Shown here: one piece after another, positions 27,669-40,074 of the stretch | Layout of the letters: every line of letters starts with the position of its first letter | Position numbering within the stretch: the first letter of the stretch is position 1 | NCBI RefSeq assembly: GCF_036321535.1 | Contig: NC_087436.1 | Coordinates: 69,566,001 to 69,630,000, forward strand | Source of the DNA: Camelus dromedarius | Lineage: Eukaryota | Reading direction: 5' to 3' | DNA: 64,000 bases | The notes under the pieces: model-generated | Database searches by the model: none | Seen by the model: only the letters and a program-made list of their open reading frames with translations | What the model was told of the DNA's origin: nothing | Program-made: the position numbers and the translations under genes

Positions 27669-28520
27669 GCTGAGGATTTGCGGAACTAATGAATTTTCAC
27701 CATTTTTTTTTTCCTTTCTTGTTTCTGTCCCTACCCTGTCTTCAGCTGAGGAAATTCTCCTTTGCTCCCACCCTACCCACCTCATCAATACCTCCAACCC
27801 AGGTAGTTCATAACCTGATTAGTTCTCCTTTGTCTCTCAATTCTAATTTGATTGCACTTTCTTTGAAAGGCCTTTCCCGACTCTTACAAGACTGACTATT
27901 TCTCCAAGTGACCTTTGAAACCCTTTATTCCTTAGTGCTGTGATTCAGTTTTACTGCTTCCTCATTAGACTGTGTATAGATTTAAAACAAGGTGCTGTTC
28001 TGTAATTAGCTCACTGTGTGACAAGTGGCAGGCTGGGAACTGAATACATATTAACTGCATGAAAGTGGTTGATATGTTCAAGAAAAAAAAAAGTTAAAAG
28101 AACTATAGTTTTCAATCACAGAATGCATTAATATCCAGCCCTACCCAAAGTAAAAAAGAACAGTTGGATGATTTCTGAGAAGTGGTGATTTTCATGAAAG
28201 AAAATCAAGGTAGAGCAAGCTTAACCAGGGGCTTATTTTTTAGATTTTATATTATTTGGTTTTATGTAGTTGGTCATTTTATTTTTATATTTATTTTAGT
28301 TAAATAAAGTGTGTGTTAAAAAGACTGAATCGTTAAATATACAATTTTAATATGGATCACAAATTTTAACGCTGTTGTATAGTTTAGCTTAAATTTTAAA
28401 TTATTATTATTTAATGATAAGGATCTGTGAGGTTTCCTTTATTGTTTATCAAAAATATTCTTTCATCCAAAAAGTCAAAATACAAGCATAGGCTAATCTG
28501 AAATATTTAACCTTCAGGCA

Positions 28521-29047
28521 ATTACTGAGTCCAAACTTGTTCTGCTTGCTACACACCAGGTCATTAAATCAGGAGATGAATTGTTCAGGCAAGGAATAAT
28601 GACTTTATTCAGAAAGCCAACAGATTGAGAAGATGGGGGACTAATGTCCTAGAGAACCATCTTACCCAAGTCAGAATTTAGACTAAAATTCTAGTAGAAG
28701 TTTATACTAAAAAGGGCATTGGGTGTGGTTGGTTGTTACAAACTTCTTGGTGTTGAAATCCCTTGTTCTTGCAGCTGTCCATCTAGGTCAGGTCATGGTG
28801 TCCCTGTAAACCTCTAACAAATGTTATTCTCTGTTCTGCAACTTTTTATCTTTATATGGATGGAAAAGTGTTATAACCTTAAAGGTCAGAGCCTTGAGAA
28901 TGGGCTATCCTGTATATTTCAGGCTATAGACAGCATTCTTTTGTAAAAGGTGCAGAGCCAGCATGATTAAGCACAGAAAACAGAGCACAGGGTTAGAGTC
29001 AAAGGAACAGATCTAATATGGAGTCAGATTTGTCCTATCCTATTACA
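28521..29047 (-). mobile_element. Solo ERV1-like LTR, same strand as SULT1E1
   Basis: Minus strand starts tgtaatagg...aaatctgactccatattagatc. TATAAA at 28706-28701, AATAAA at 28609-28604, U5-like end ggactcagtaat. Confidence 0.75.
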
Positions 29048-29434
29048 AGACCATCTCTCGTCTTTCACATGTAAGCAACTGGCTGCCATGATGTTACAAA
29101 TGCTTCTAAATCACATGATGCTGACAGCCACAAAAGTGAAAAATACATTTAGCCTAAAAAATCATCTTTCAAAGGGTAAGAATTCACTTGCTGATAGAAA
29201 TGAAGCAATAGGCAAAATGGCCACTTTAACCATCATCCTTCCCTATGAACAATGAGCACAGAACAAGTTAGAAAATGGTTGAGTCCATGTTCTGACCTTT
29301 CCTCCTTTGTACACTTGATCTAGGAAAAAAAAAATTCCAGATAAGTGACTATTTTTAAAAATGTTTATCTTGATTCTCAAATGTTAAGCAGATCTGATAG
29401 CATACCACTGTTGTACTCCAAAACACTGGAAACA

Positions 29435-29587
29435 GGGGGAGGGTATAGCTCAGCAGTAGACTGCATACCTAGCATGCATGAGGTCCTGGATTCAATCCCC
29501 AGTACCTCTGTAAAGAAAAAAGAATAAGTAAATAAAAACCTGATTACTTCCTCCCTCCAAAACTGAAGACAAACAAAGAAACAAACA
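29435..29587 (+). mobile_element. tRNA-derived SINE (Vic-1-like) with perfect 15-bp TSD
   Basis: aaaacactggaaaca at 29420-29434 and 29588-29602. Confidence 0.9.
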
Positions 29588-29827
29588 AAAACACTGGAAA
29601 CAAATGTGGCACTGGTATGCCTATGTGACAAAATATTTCCAAGACAATGTTTTTTTCCTTATTTGTGACCATTGGGCTTTTCCTTTTCCTTCTGTATCAC
29701 ACACTTACTTCTTATAGATCCAGTCTGAAGGTCCTAGCATCTGTCTTATAAATGACGAGATTTCAATACTTAGTGAAAAAATAAGTGGCAGTGTGACAGT
29801 GTGGTTTTTTTATTGTTACTATTAGTA

Positions 29828-30700
29828 GTAGACTTTATTTTTCAGAACAGTTTTGGGTTCACAAAATAATGAGCAAATAGTACAGAGAGGTCTGATATAA
29901 CTCTTCTCCCCTGTTTGTTTTCCCCTATTTATTATCATCTTGCATTAGTATGGTGTATTTGTTATAACTGAAGAACCAGTATTGATATGTTTGTATTAAA
30001 TAAAGTTCATAGTTTAGATTAAGGTTCATATTTTTTGCCTTGTACATTTCTATGAGTGTTGACAAATGCTTAAGCTCATGCATCCACCATTATAGCATCT
30101 TATGGAAGAGTTTCACCCCTCTAAATATCCCTTGTGATCCACTTGTTCACTTCACCTCCCCTCCTGTGAACTCCTGACAATCACCGATCTCTTTACTAAA
30201 TCTATAGTTTTGTCGTTTCCAGAGTGCCATATGGTTGGAGTCAGATAGTATAAATAGCCTTTTCAGATCGCCTTCTTTGACTTAAAGGCATACATTCAAA
30301 TTCCCTCCATGTCTTTTGGTGGTTTGACAGCTCGTTTATTTTTATTGCTGAATGATATCCTGTTGTCTGAAGGTACCAGAATTTGCTTATCCATTCACCT
30401 ATTGAAGGACATCTTGGCTGCTTCCAGTTTTCACAATTATTAATAAAGCTGCTGTTAACATTCATGTGCAGGTTTTTGTGTGGACATAAGACTGCACCTC
30501 ATTTGGGAAATACTTAGGAGTGTGACTGCCAGATAGAATGGTGAAGACTGTGTTTTAGCTTTGTAAGAAGTGTCACAGTCGCTGTACCATTTTGCCTTCC
30601 CACCAGCAATGAATGAGACTTCCTGTTTCTCCTCACTAGCATTTGGTATTGTCAGAGTTTGGGACATTACCTGACTAAGAGTTAGGCTGTGTTTAATGTT
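29828..30700 (-). mobile_element. Old L1 ORF2 C-terminus and 3'UTR
   Basis: Translation NWKQPRCPSIGEWISKFWYLQTTGYHSAIK matches the L1 ORF2 C-terminal region. Confidence 0.85.
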
Positions 30701-33647
30701 TGCTGTAGTGTCGCAGACTTCAATTTCCTCTAGTGCCCACACTTTGTTCTCCTCTATTGTTTTTTTCCTCCCCTTTTATGAGACACAAAGGCCAAAGGGG
30801 GCTATAGTTGGGTACTTCCCTTCCCTGACGTCAGATGAGTTTCTAGTAAAATGTTTCTTCTTAGTGACTAGGCCCCTATTGTGAAGAACAATCTAGGTTT
30901 TTTTGTTTTGTTTTGTTTTGTTTTTAATTGAAGTACAGTCAGTTTATAATGTGTCAGTTTCTGGTGTACAGCATTATGTTTCAGTCACACATACATACAT
31001 ATATTCATTTTCATATTCTTTTTCATTATAGATTATTACAAGGTATTGAATATAGGTTTATTTTTAAGTGATTATTTTTCCCCTCCACCAGCCTGAACCC
31101 AGGGAATTTTTCACCATTTTTTCTTCACCGTCATAATCTGATGACGCTCTTGGAGATAAAACTCATAAAAGCACGGGGATTTTCTCTAACTGGGCGCTCA
31201 TGAGTTTTTAACTCTTTAACTAATCCACACTCAGCTTCCAACATTTCATCAGTTACCGTGTAATTTTTCCTACCAGCTACTGGCTCCACCAGCTTCCACT
31301 CTCATTGGGTCTCATTCTATGTATTCTCCCGTCTCCCTGGTGCTGGGGACTGCGGTTTGGCTGCGATCTCATCTTTCTGATGGACCTAAGAAGCATTGCT
31401 GATTTCCAGCTCAGTTTTTCTTGTAAGGATGTGAGTGACTATTTACATGCTCTTTATATATCAGAGCTGAAACCAGGAATCTGATAACACTTTAATGCAT
31501 CTGTGTAACTTCACTTTTTAATATTCTGTGAGCCTGAAAAAGTAAAGTGACTACAGTCTTTTCTCATTCATGAAAAGTCCTTGAGAGTCACATCAGAAAA
31601 GAAAGATAATCACTAACTTTTCAGTTAACAGTCACTTGAGCACATAGTTACTTTGTAATGACTGCTACTTCGAACATCAGGAATTTTTAAAAATGATTTA
31701 CAAAGCTCAGCATCTTTGTTTAAGCTTAGTAAGAAAAAATCTTTTTGAATTCAGGTTTTTTCAATGTCAAATTTACTAGTTTACCTTTTGATTTTTCTTC
31801 CTATCAGCTATATACCTGCTATCCAATTGATAGAGTTAGCTTTAAAGCCCACAGCAGTAGTTGTTGGCTTATAAATTGCACTGTTAATTCTAAATTAGCC
31901 TTATCCAATGATTTTTAACAAACTTGTACATTTGAAAGTAATAAACTACATATAAAATAGACTCTAATTCATACTTTTACTACATGGGTCATCACAAAAT
32001 TAGTCTAGTATTGATATATATTAAAAAACAGTGATGATAATTTTGTAAATACTTCTGAAATCTTCACATTATAGTCCTATTTTTTGTGGGTTTATTTATT
32101 TTGTTGGGATTCTTTCCCTTGAGTTTAAGCAGGTATCAGCTGCCAGGAAGATTGTGAAATCGTATGTTCCTTGTATTGTTTTGATTCCTTTCCTCCTCAA
32201 TGGGTCTAATTCTCAAAGATACCAAAGTGCAGGTTCAAGTTTCCTCATGTCATCCCTTCCTGAGCATTCTACTCCCGATCCTTGGCAAATTAAAATTTAT
32301 TTTAAAAAATATTAGTAGTGTACTTACTTTGTAGTAAGTCAGCCTTATTACTGGCCCAGTGTTAACCTGTATGTTATAACTGGGCTCTTTCTTGACTCAC
32401 ACGTCTGCAGCAGCAGCAGCAATGACAGCAGGAGTTACACAGTGAAATGTACTGAATACCCTCTATGTGCCACTCAGTTTGTATGTCATTATTTGTGATC
32501 TTCACGTTCATCCTATGAAAGCATGTCCTACAACTGTGTCCCGAGACACGGTCAGCAGGTGGAAGGACACACCTTTGATATTGGAAACCAACTACAAAAA
32601 GAAGTTTCATGGTAAAGAGAGAGTGAGAGAACTTGAGCTAATCATGGACCCTTTCCAGAAGTCATATTCTTCATCTTTAAAATGATTTAGACTTGAATTA
32701 GATTTTTTGATTAAAAAAAAATCATAGAACAGATAGAAAGTGCCTGGACAATGGAACTGAGGGAACATGGATTAGTAGGTAATAGACAGGTGGGTGTTAG
32801 GAGCCAGGAACTGGAGCACAGGGGAATTTGTGGTATTATAAGGGTCAGTCAGATATTTGGCAGACCGATAGGGTCACTGACATCTGGCAGACAGACAGGG
32901 TCAGAAAGAGCCAAGCAGATGATAGAGGTGTTGCTACAAGCCTGGAGCTCATACTTAGGAGCAGGACTAATTCCCAGAGACACAGAAAAAAAAAAAAAAA
33001 ACAAGTCTGACTTCTATATAAGAGGAACTTAAGGTACTCAGATAAAGATTAAGATGTGAAAAAAAAAGCGAGAAACCTGGGATATAAGGTAGGTTTTGTC
33101 ATAAGAAACAGTCTCTCACCTGATTTGTAAAACTGCTAAAATTATCTGTTTCATGAGGGCTTATTGCATTCCAGAAACTATGCTAAGTCCTTTACATAGA
33201 TTATCTCTTTTCAATTCTAAAAGAGGTAAGACATCAACAGAATTATTCTAACCTACCCTAAGGGCTTCTGCCTCTGTGCATACTCAGGTGTGACATCCAT
33301 GTCCAAAATGCCCCCAGGAATCCCTGTTAGAGTCAGTTACACCAGGGGACCGGTGAGCTGGGCAGCTCCAGAAGCTCTGAGACCGCAGAAGTACCTTGCC
33401 CCTGTGCCGGTCCACTGTGACTGTGGGTTTCTGCTCTGATCTCCACTCTGTAGTCAGTCCACTTTCTACCACTTCAGCCATCTCCTAAGAAAAAATTCCA
33501 TCTTGAATCTTGCTCCAATTCCTCTCCTCCCTTAACTTCTGAGGGAACTTTTATAGTCTACATTCTTGAAAAGTTATGGACAGAGAGAAAGGAAGAAAAA
33601 TGGTGTTGGATTTACAATTTGTTTATGATAATGTGTCCCCTTTCTGC

Positions 33648-34093
33648 TTGTTATAAGTTGAATTGTGTCCTCTTAAAATATATGTTAAAGTCTTAGCCGC
33701 TGGTGCCTCAGAATGTGACCTAGTTTGGAAATAAGGCCATTGCAGGTGTAATTAGTTAAGAGAAGATCTTACTGTAGTATAGTGGATGCTTTATCCAACA
33801 TAATGATGCCCTTATAAGATGACAATGTAAAGAAAAGGAAAAACTCCTTGTGAAGATGGAGGTAGAGATTGGAGTTACGCCCCTACAATCCAAGGAACAC
33901 ACCAAGGAGTGACAGACATCATCAAAGCTAGGAAGAAGTAAAGAAGGCTTCCATCCACAGTCTCAAAGGAAGCATGGCCCTGCTGACATCTTGATTTTGG
34001 ACTTCAAGCCTCCAGAACTATGAGAGAATACATTTCTGTTGTTTTAAGTTTAAGTTTGTGGGACTTTGCTATGGCTGCTGGGAAACAAGTGCA
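33648..34093 (+). mobile_element. MLT1 (B/C-like) MaLR LTR
   Basis: ttgaattgtgtcc...cctcagaatgtgacc...ttggacttcaagcctccagaactatgagagaatacatttctgttgttttaag. Confidence 0.85.
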
Positions 34094-34881
34094 CTGCCCT
34101 TGTTACCTGAAGGTGAAGTGTGGTTCTCTACTCCAGTAACCTTACAGCTTACCATGATGTAATTCCTTTGTCCAATAGAACATGAGCAGACATGACACAG
34201 GCCATGTCTGAGCAAAAGTTTGGAATGCCTTTGTGTGCTTTGGCTGTCACTCTTGTTGTTATCCTCCACCGTGAGAACATAATGTACCAGATAATACCTC
34301 CTGCTTCATCTTCAGTCCTTGAATCAGAAGACAAATGAAGTTCAGTAGAGCTCAGCTACACCACAACTGAGTTGTAGCTCTCAAGTGGCATGAGCAAAAA
34401 TTAAGTTTTCTTATTATAGGTCACTGATGTTTTTCAGTTGTCTGTTCTTTTAATAAATGCCAACTAAAAATGAAGAAGTCCAGGAAAATAAAGTCCAAAT
34501 GAATCAATCCGATGAAATAAATAATGGTCAAATTAACATATGCCATGATAGATGTGATACAGATTAATATAAGGGAGGTACATTGCATTTAAAAAAATAT
34601 TAGAGAGGACACAAAAGTAATCTAAGAGTTATGAGCATTTGCACAGATTTAAGAAAACAATATGATTTTATAGTACAACAAAATTGTCTTGTTTTATCTA
34701 GGACATAAGGCATATGTAATTAAAAATGAAGAGAGCTGTAAAAGGCTTTAGAAATTAAGGTTGATATTATGCAGAGAATTAGACAATACCTAAAACTAAG
34801 AACATGGAAATATCCAATACTGAATTACTGTTTCAAATGAACATTTACTCTGGCAGTGATATAGAGAATGTCCCTTCTAGA

Positions 34882-36340
34882 CTGTCAGATTTAATCTCTA
34901 AAAACAAGCAAACAAGCAAATACATCTGAACTTGGAAGAAATTTTATTTGAATGAATTATTGCAGGATGTCAGGGGGTTGCAAGAACCATTACAATAGAG
35001 AAAATGTTCTGAGTGATAGATCTGCAAGCTTCTTAAGTGTTAGATATACATAAGATATATATTGTAAGATCTCACACTTATATATGGAATCTAAAGTCAA
35101 ACTCGTAGAAGCAGAGAGTAGACCTGGGCGGGTAGGGGGTAGGGGAAATGAGGAAATGTTGGTCAAAGGGTACACACTTCCAGTTATAAGATCAATAATT
35201 TCTGGAGATCTAATGTACAGCATGGTGACTATAGTTAATAAGACTATATTGTACACTTGCAATTTGCTAAGATAGTAGATGAGTAGCTCTTCGGTATTCT
35301 CACTACACACACAAAGTTAACTGTATGAGATATAGACATGTTAATTAGTTTGTTAATTAGATGTGTTAATTAGGTAATCATTTCACAATGTATCTTTATA
35401 TCAAATCATCACATTGCACGACTTAAATATATACAATTTTTGTTTGTCAGTTATACCTCAGTAAAGCTAGGGGTGGGACAGTTAGGGGAAAGGGCTTTTC
35501 TTTTGTGCAGAGAAGTCAGCAAGGCTGGAAAGAATCATGAGTGGAGAAGTGGGATGCAGTGTGATGTGGTGGGATAGATCAGAGGATGTTTCACCCTGAG
35601 GCCAGCCTGTTCTCAGGATGGGCTGTTAAAAAGGGGTTGTCACTACTCAGCCATAAAAAAGATGAAATGTTGCCATTTCCAACAACATAGATGGACCTGA
35701 AGGATATTCTGCCAAGTGAAATAAGTCAGAGGGAGAAGAATAAATACTGTATGATTTAATTCATATGTGGAATACAAAAAATAAAAAAATAAATGAACAA
35801 GCCAAACCAAAAAAGCAAACACATAGATACAGAGAACAGAGTGATGGTTATCAAAGGGGAAGGGGCAGGGGAGAGAGCAAAATGGGTGAGAGGGAATCAA
35901 TTGTATGGTGATGGATGGAAACTAAATTTTGAGGGATGAGCATGCTGTAGGGTATCCAGAAGTAGAAACATAACATTGTGCACATAAGACTTACATAATG
36001 CTATAAACCAATGTTACTGCAATAAGAAAAAAACCAAAACAATTGTTTATCAATTCAGATAGAACAAAGTTCAGGGTCCCAGGGAAAGGAGAGAAACAAA
36101 GGTTAGTCAACAAGCACTTTGTTCAGCTAATCATTTACGAGGCAAAGAATCAAAATTTGGAGGGTCTGTGTCACCAGTAAAGGGGGCATCTGTGATTCTT
36201 ACCCCAGTTGTATGAAGAAGGAAGGGTGTTGCTTAGGAGTAAGCCCTTTTCCGGAAGACAACAGGTAAGGTTCAGTATTATCGGCCACATCACATAATTG
36301 TAAATACATGGAGATGAGAAATCAAATGTAGTTATCGTTC
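34882..36340 (-). mobile_element. Old LTR-like element interrupted by two L1 3' fragments (about 35060-35470 and 35641-36040, both + strand)
   Basis: The L1 3'UTR segments are clearly recognisable. The flanking pieces read as a continuous LTR-like sequence with tttatt near 34942. Confidence 0.55.
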
Positions 36341-37756
36341 CCTTTAAGTTCATGGTGCCCTCCCTAGCAACACACAGTAACGACTGAGAACAGACCTGGT
36401 AGTGAGGCTGCCTGGTCTACTTGTTATGAACTGAGCAATGCAGGGGAATTATTTTAAATAGTGTTTCTTAGCAGAAAAGATAATAACACTTATCTCCTCT
36501 TACTATATGAAATGGGGCAAATACTAAAATCTTTGTAAACTGCAAAATATCACACGTGATTTTAATATGTGTGAAATGGACGTTGGCTGAACAAACGAGT
36601 GGGTGCAGAGATGCGAGGGAACAGGAAGAGCTCTTGGTTCTCTTTCCTGGCTTGTTAGAACATACTGCTTCCTCTGCCCCATGCTTGCTGCCACATCTGG
36701 TTCAAGTAGGGAAGAATAAATCAAATTTAGCTTGCCAGAGATAGCAACTTTGAGTTCTCCGTTTATCAAAAGCTTATCTTTTGGATTAAGGCAAGCAATC
36801 AAAGAGCTATGTAATTAGATGGATTTATTTTGTCTTCTCATAGAATAATTTCACTGAGCCAAGCCACCATACAGGAGTTTGATGGAGTGGCTTAGACCTC
36901 CAACTTGGGGCACACCTGAATTTAAATACAAGTTCTGTCACTTAATCATTGTGACTTGGAGCAATTTATTCAAGCCTCCTGAACTTTATCTATACATGAG
37001 GTTTTTATAAATAAATTCTTCATAGGATTTCTGGAACATTCTATGAAATCATATATTCAAAAAGATTATCACAATTTCTGGAAATAATAAACCTCTTTCA
37101 GGATACATTGCCAGCTGAAAGTGATGTTCTGAACTCTACAGGCTTAGAACCTAGAGGTTCTACAGGATTTTGAGTGGGGTCTCTCAAAAGAAAAAAAAAA
37201 AGTCCATTAGGGCACCAGAACAGCAAATTCTATTTGCATTGCAAATTGAGGAGTAGAGGAAGCCACACAGGGAGAGAAGAAAAAGGCAGGTGTGAGAAGA
37301 AGGTAAATCCTTGGCAGCTTTTCCCTTTGGTCTCAAGTGCCTTTCTGTACGCCCCTATCCTTAGGATCCGAGATTACACTCATGGGAACTGTGTGTCTAG
37401 TTTCAGAAGCTGTATATTTCCGTAACATAAACTTCTTCAATTATTTATTCTCTTTTTATTTTTAAAAGGGGAACATTGAAAATTGGATCAGAATAAGATT
37501 AAATGAAAAGGAGAGATTGTCTGGATGATCCGTGCATCCACGTAAGGAGTGGATTTTATTGATGACACCAGTGTAAGTTACATCCTGTACTACTTCAGAA
37601 ATTAATTAACTTACATGGAAATCAAGACATATTCAATTATTACTAAATCTAAATATTCCCTCAATAGTTTGATTTGTTCTCATCCATCATAAACTCATCA
37701 ATGCATGTTTCTTTCTCATTTGAAAAATGTCTAATGTCAAAAGTCAATTTATAATT

Positions 37757-38298
37757 ATTGGGGAAGGAAAGCATTTTCCTCTACCCTTCTAGATTCTTCT
37801 GACTAAGCTAAGATTTAAATGATGTGAGATATTAACAGAAGAAAAACCAAATTTAACTACATATGTATGGGGGTTCTGTAAGACCATGAGGCCCAAGGAC
37901 AGGTTGGGCAATTGTGGCTTATATGCCATCTGAGAGAAAGAGAAGGGGGTAGAGTTGTGGACGTCAAAGGGGAGGAAGGCACTTTACATGGAGTTTGAAA
38001 AGCAAATATTTGGTAAACAAATGTTTGCAGTGTCACACAGAGACAGTGGGACCCAGAGTGGACTTTGGTCTCCAGGCCCTGCTGAGTTTCCCTGTACAGT
38101 AGCCCAAGTTCTTTGTAGGTTATCTGTGGTGAGAGGGCTCCTCCTGGACCAGGCCTTTTATCTAAAATCTTTTAAGCAGTTAAGGGAGAGGTAAAAAGAA
38201 AGACATCCAGAATCTTTTGATTCTTAAAAGCAATCAGTCCAAAATAACCCTCAATCCAAAGAGACACATTTTGGGCTGGCAAGTTTTGTTTTACAACA
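37757..38298 (-). mobile_element. ERV1-like (MER34-related) solo LTR
   Basis: ggaaagcattttcctctacccttctag...aagcaaatatttggtaaacaaatgtttgc...cattttgggctggcaag...acaaca. Confidence 0.6.
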
Positions 38299-39596
38299 TA
38301 ATCACTCAAAACACTGAATTGTAGCCAAGCAAGAATATATTTCTACTCAAGAGGATTTGACTAAATCGAGTTTAACAGGATTTCAAAGATGCAGGCAAGA
38401 TTAAGGGAACTGAACTAATAAGGAATAATGAGGCACCCAGAGACTGGCTTCAGAAGGAAGGTATCCTCACTCTTGGCCTGAAGAGCCGAGGAAAAAGGGT
38501 GTTGCTAGAACCCAGTGAGAGCTGGAGGAGAGGCCACCTTGCAGGAGCTTAAGTGCGCTATTCTTATTGACTTTTCTATGTGACCTTCTTTCGAATCAGC
38601 ATGTCTAATTAAAATCTAAAACAAACCCTGTATTTTTCATCACTTTTGTGTCTGTGCAAAATCATAGACTTTCAACTACTCAAGTCTTAGTCTGCATCCT
38701 TCTGTAGGTTTCATGATTTTTTTTTTTTTTTTTGATACAAGCCTCCATGAATCCAGCTTTATGGGGAAGGGTATTTCATCTTTGTTGCTATTCTTGTCGT
38801 CCTTGCTGTTATTGCTGGTTTTGTGAGTAGTTGATTTTCTTCATACTTCTTCTATTAGGTGATTCCGTGATTAACTGCAAGCTCTTACGTGGAGTTGCAT
38901 TTCATAGTGAGCCTTTCACCTTCAGAAGGTAGAGTTTTGATGCCGGTTACTATGTGGTCACTAGTAAGTACTCTTCCTGCTTTCTTCTTTTCACTTCTTC
39001 ACTATCAGATTTGGCCAATCTCAGCTCAAGCAAACAAGTTGACACCAAATGTCTTAAGTATTTTCCCCATATTTACATTTTAATTAAAAAAGACATACAT
39101 AGCCATTATCCAAAAAAAAAAAAAAAAAGACAACCAAAATATTTTAATAGATGAAACAAAAATTAAGTATCAAATATACTTCCTAGAAATAATCACTCAT
39201 TTAATAAATTTTCCTTCTATTGTGGTTTGTGTATGTATGTACGTATGTATTTATTTATTTATTTTAGAGTAACCTCAAATATATTGTAGAAAAAGAAGGT
39301 ATATAAATAAATAAATATAAGTCCTTTCAAACTTTAGATATTTAAGTTTCTTACTTAAGTCTCATTATCTGGGAAGGGTTTGAGCAAAATTGATGCAATA
39401 TCAATATAAAAAGAAAATTTCACTTATTCATTATATAAACATCAGCTCTTTGAGGGTAAAAGCTATATCCTTTAATTATTTGAGTTTTTTATTTATAAAG
39501 TATATTTCTATATAAAGAAGTAAAATAATGTACTGTAGACAACTGTACACCACCCGACCAACGCCAGAATTTTCTGAAGCTTTAGATTATGCTAGT

Positions 39597-40074
39597 GTTA
39601 AAAAAATATTCATGACACTTCTTAAAGATGCTAAGCAGACTTTATTCAGGATTACTGCAATTTGTATAGGAATTATTGCAGAGGAGTTGTGCATAGGGGA
39701 GAGTGATTTGGCTCAGCTCTGAATACAGCAAGGAGAGGTGGGGATTTACAGTCGAGGGGCAAATTGGAGGGGTCATGGTGTCAATAAATGGAAAATTAGT
39801 AAGAGTGAGAGGTGTTGTTCTTTGCTAAACTGACCTAACAAGATTTTTGCTGAAGGTAGGTCATGGTGATCAGATATTACCTAAATAGAGTAGTTTGGTC
39901 CTATATTGAGGGTGATTAGATATTGAGCATGCACTATTCGGGCTAAACTAACTTAGTAGGATTCTTGCCAAAACTAGGCTCTACAAGCATTAAGATAGAG
40001 CCCAAGAGCAGGCCTAGTTGAGCAGAGGGCTCAGAGGAGCCTGACTGAAGTTTCGTCAAGGAAAGAATCTTGTG
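39597..40074 (-). mobile_element. MER31-like LTR
   Basis: Minus strand reads caagattctttccttgacgaaacttcagtcaggctcctctgagccctctgctcaactaggcc, matching the MER31 5' end as I recall it. Confidence 0.7.
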
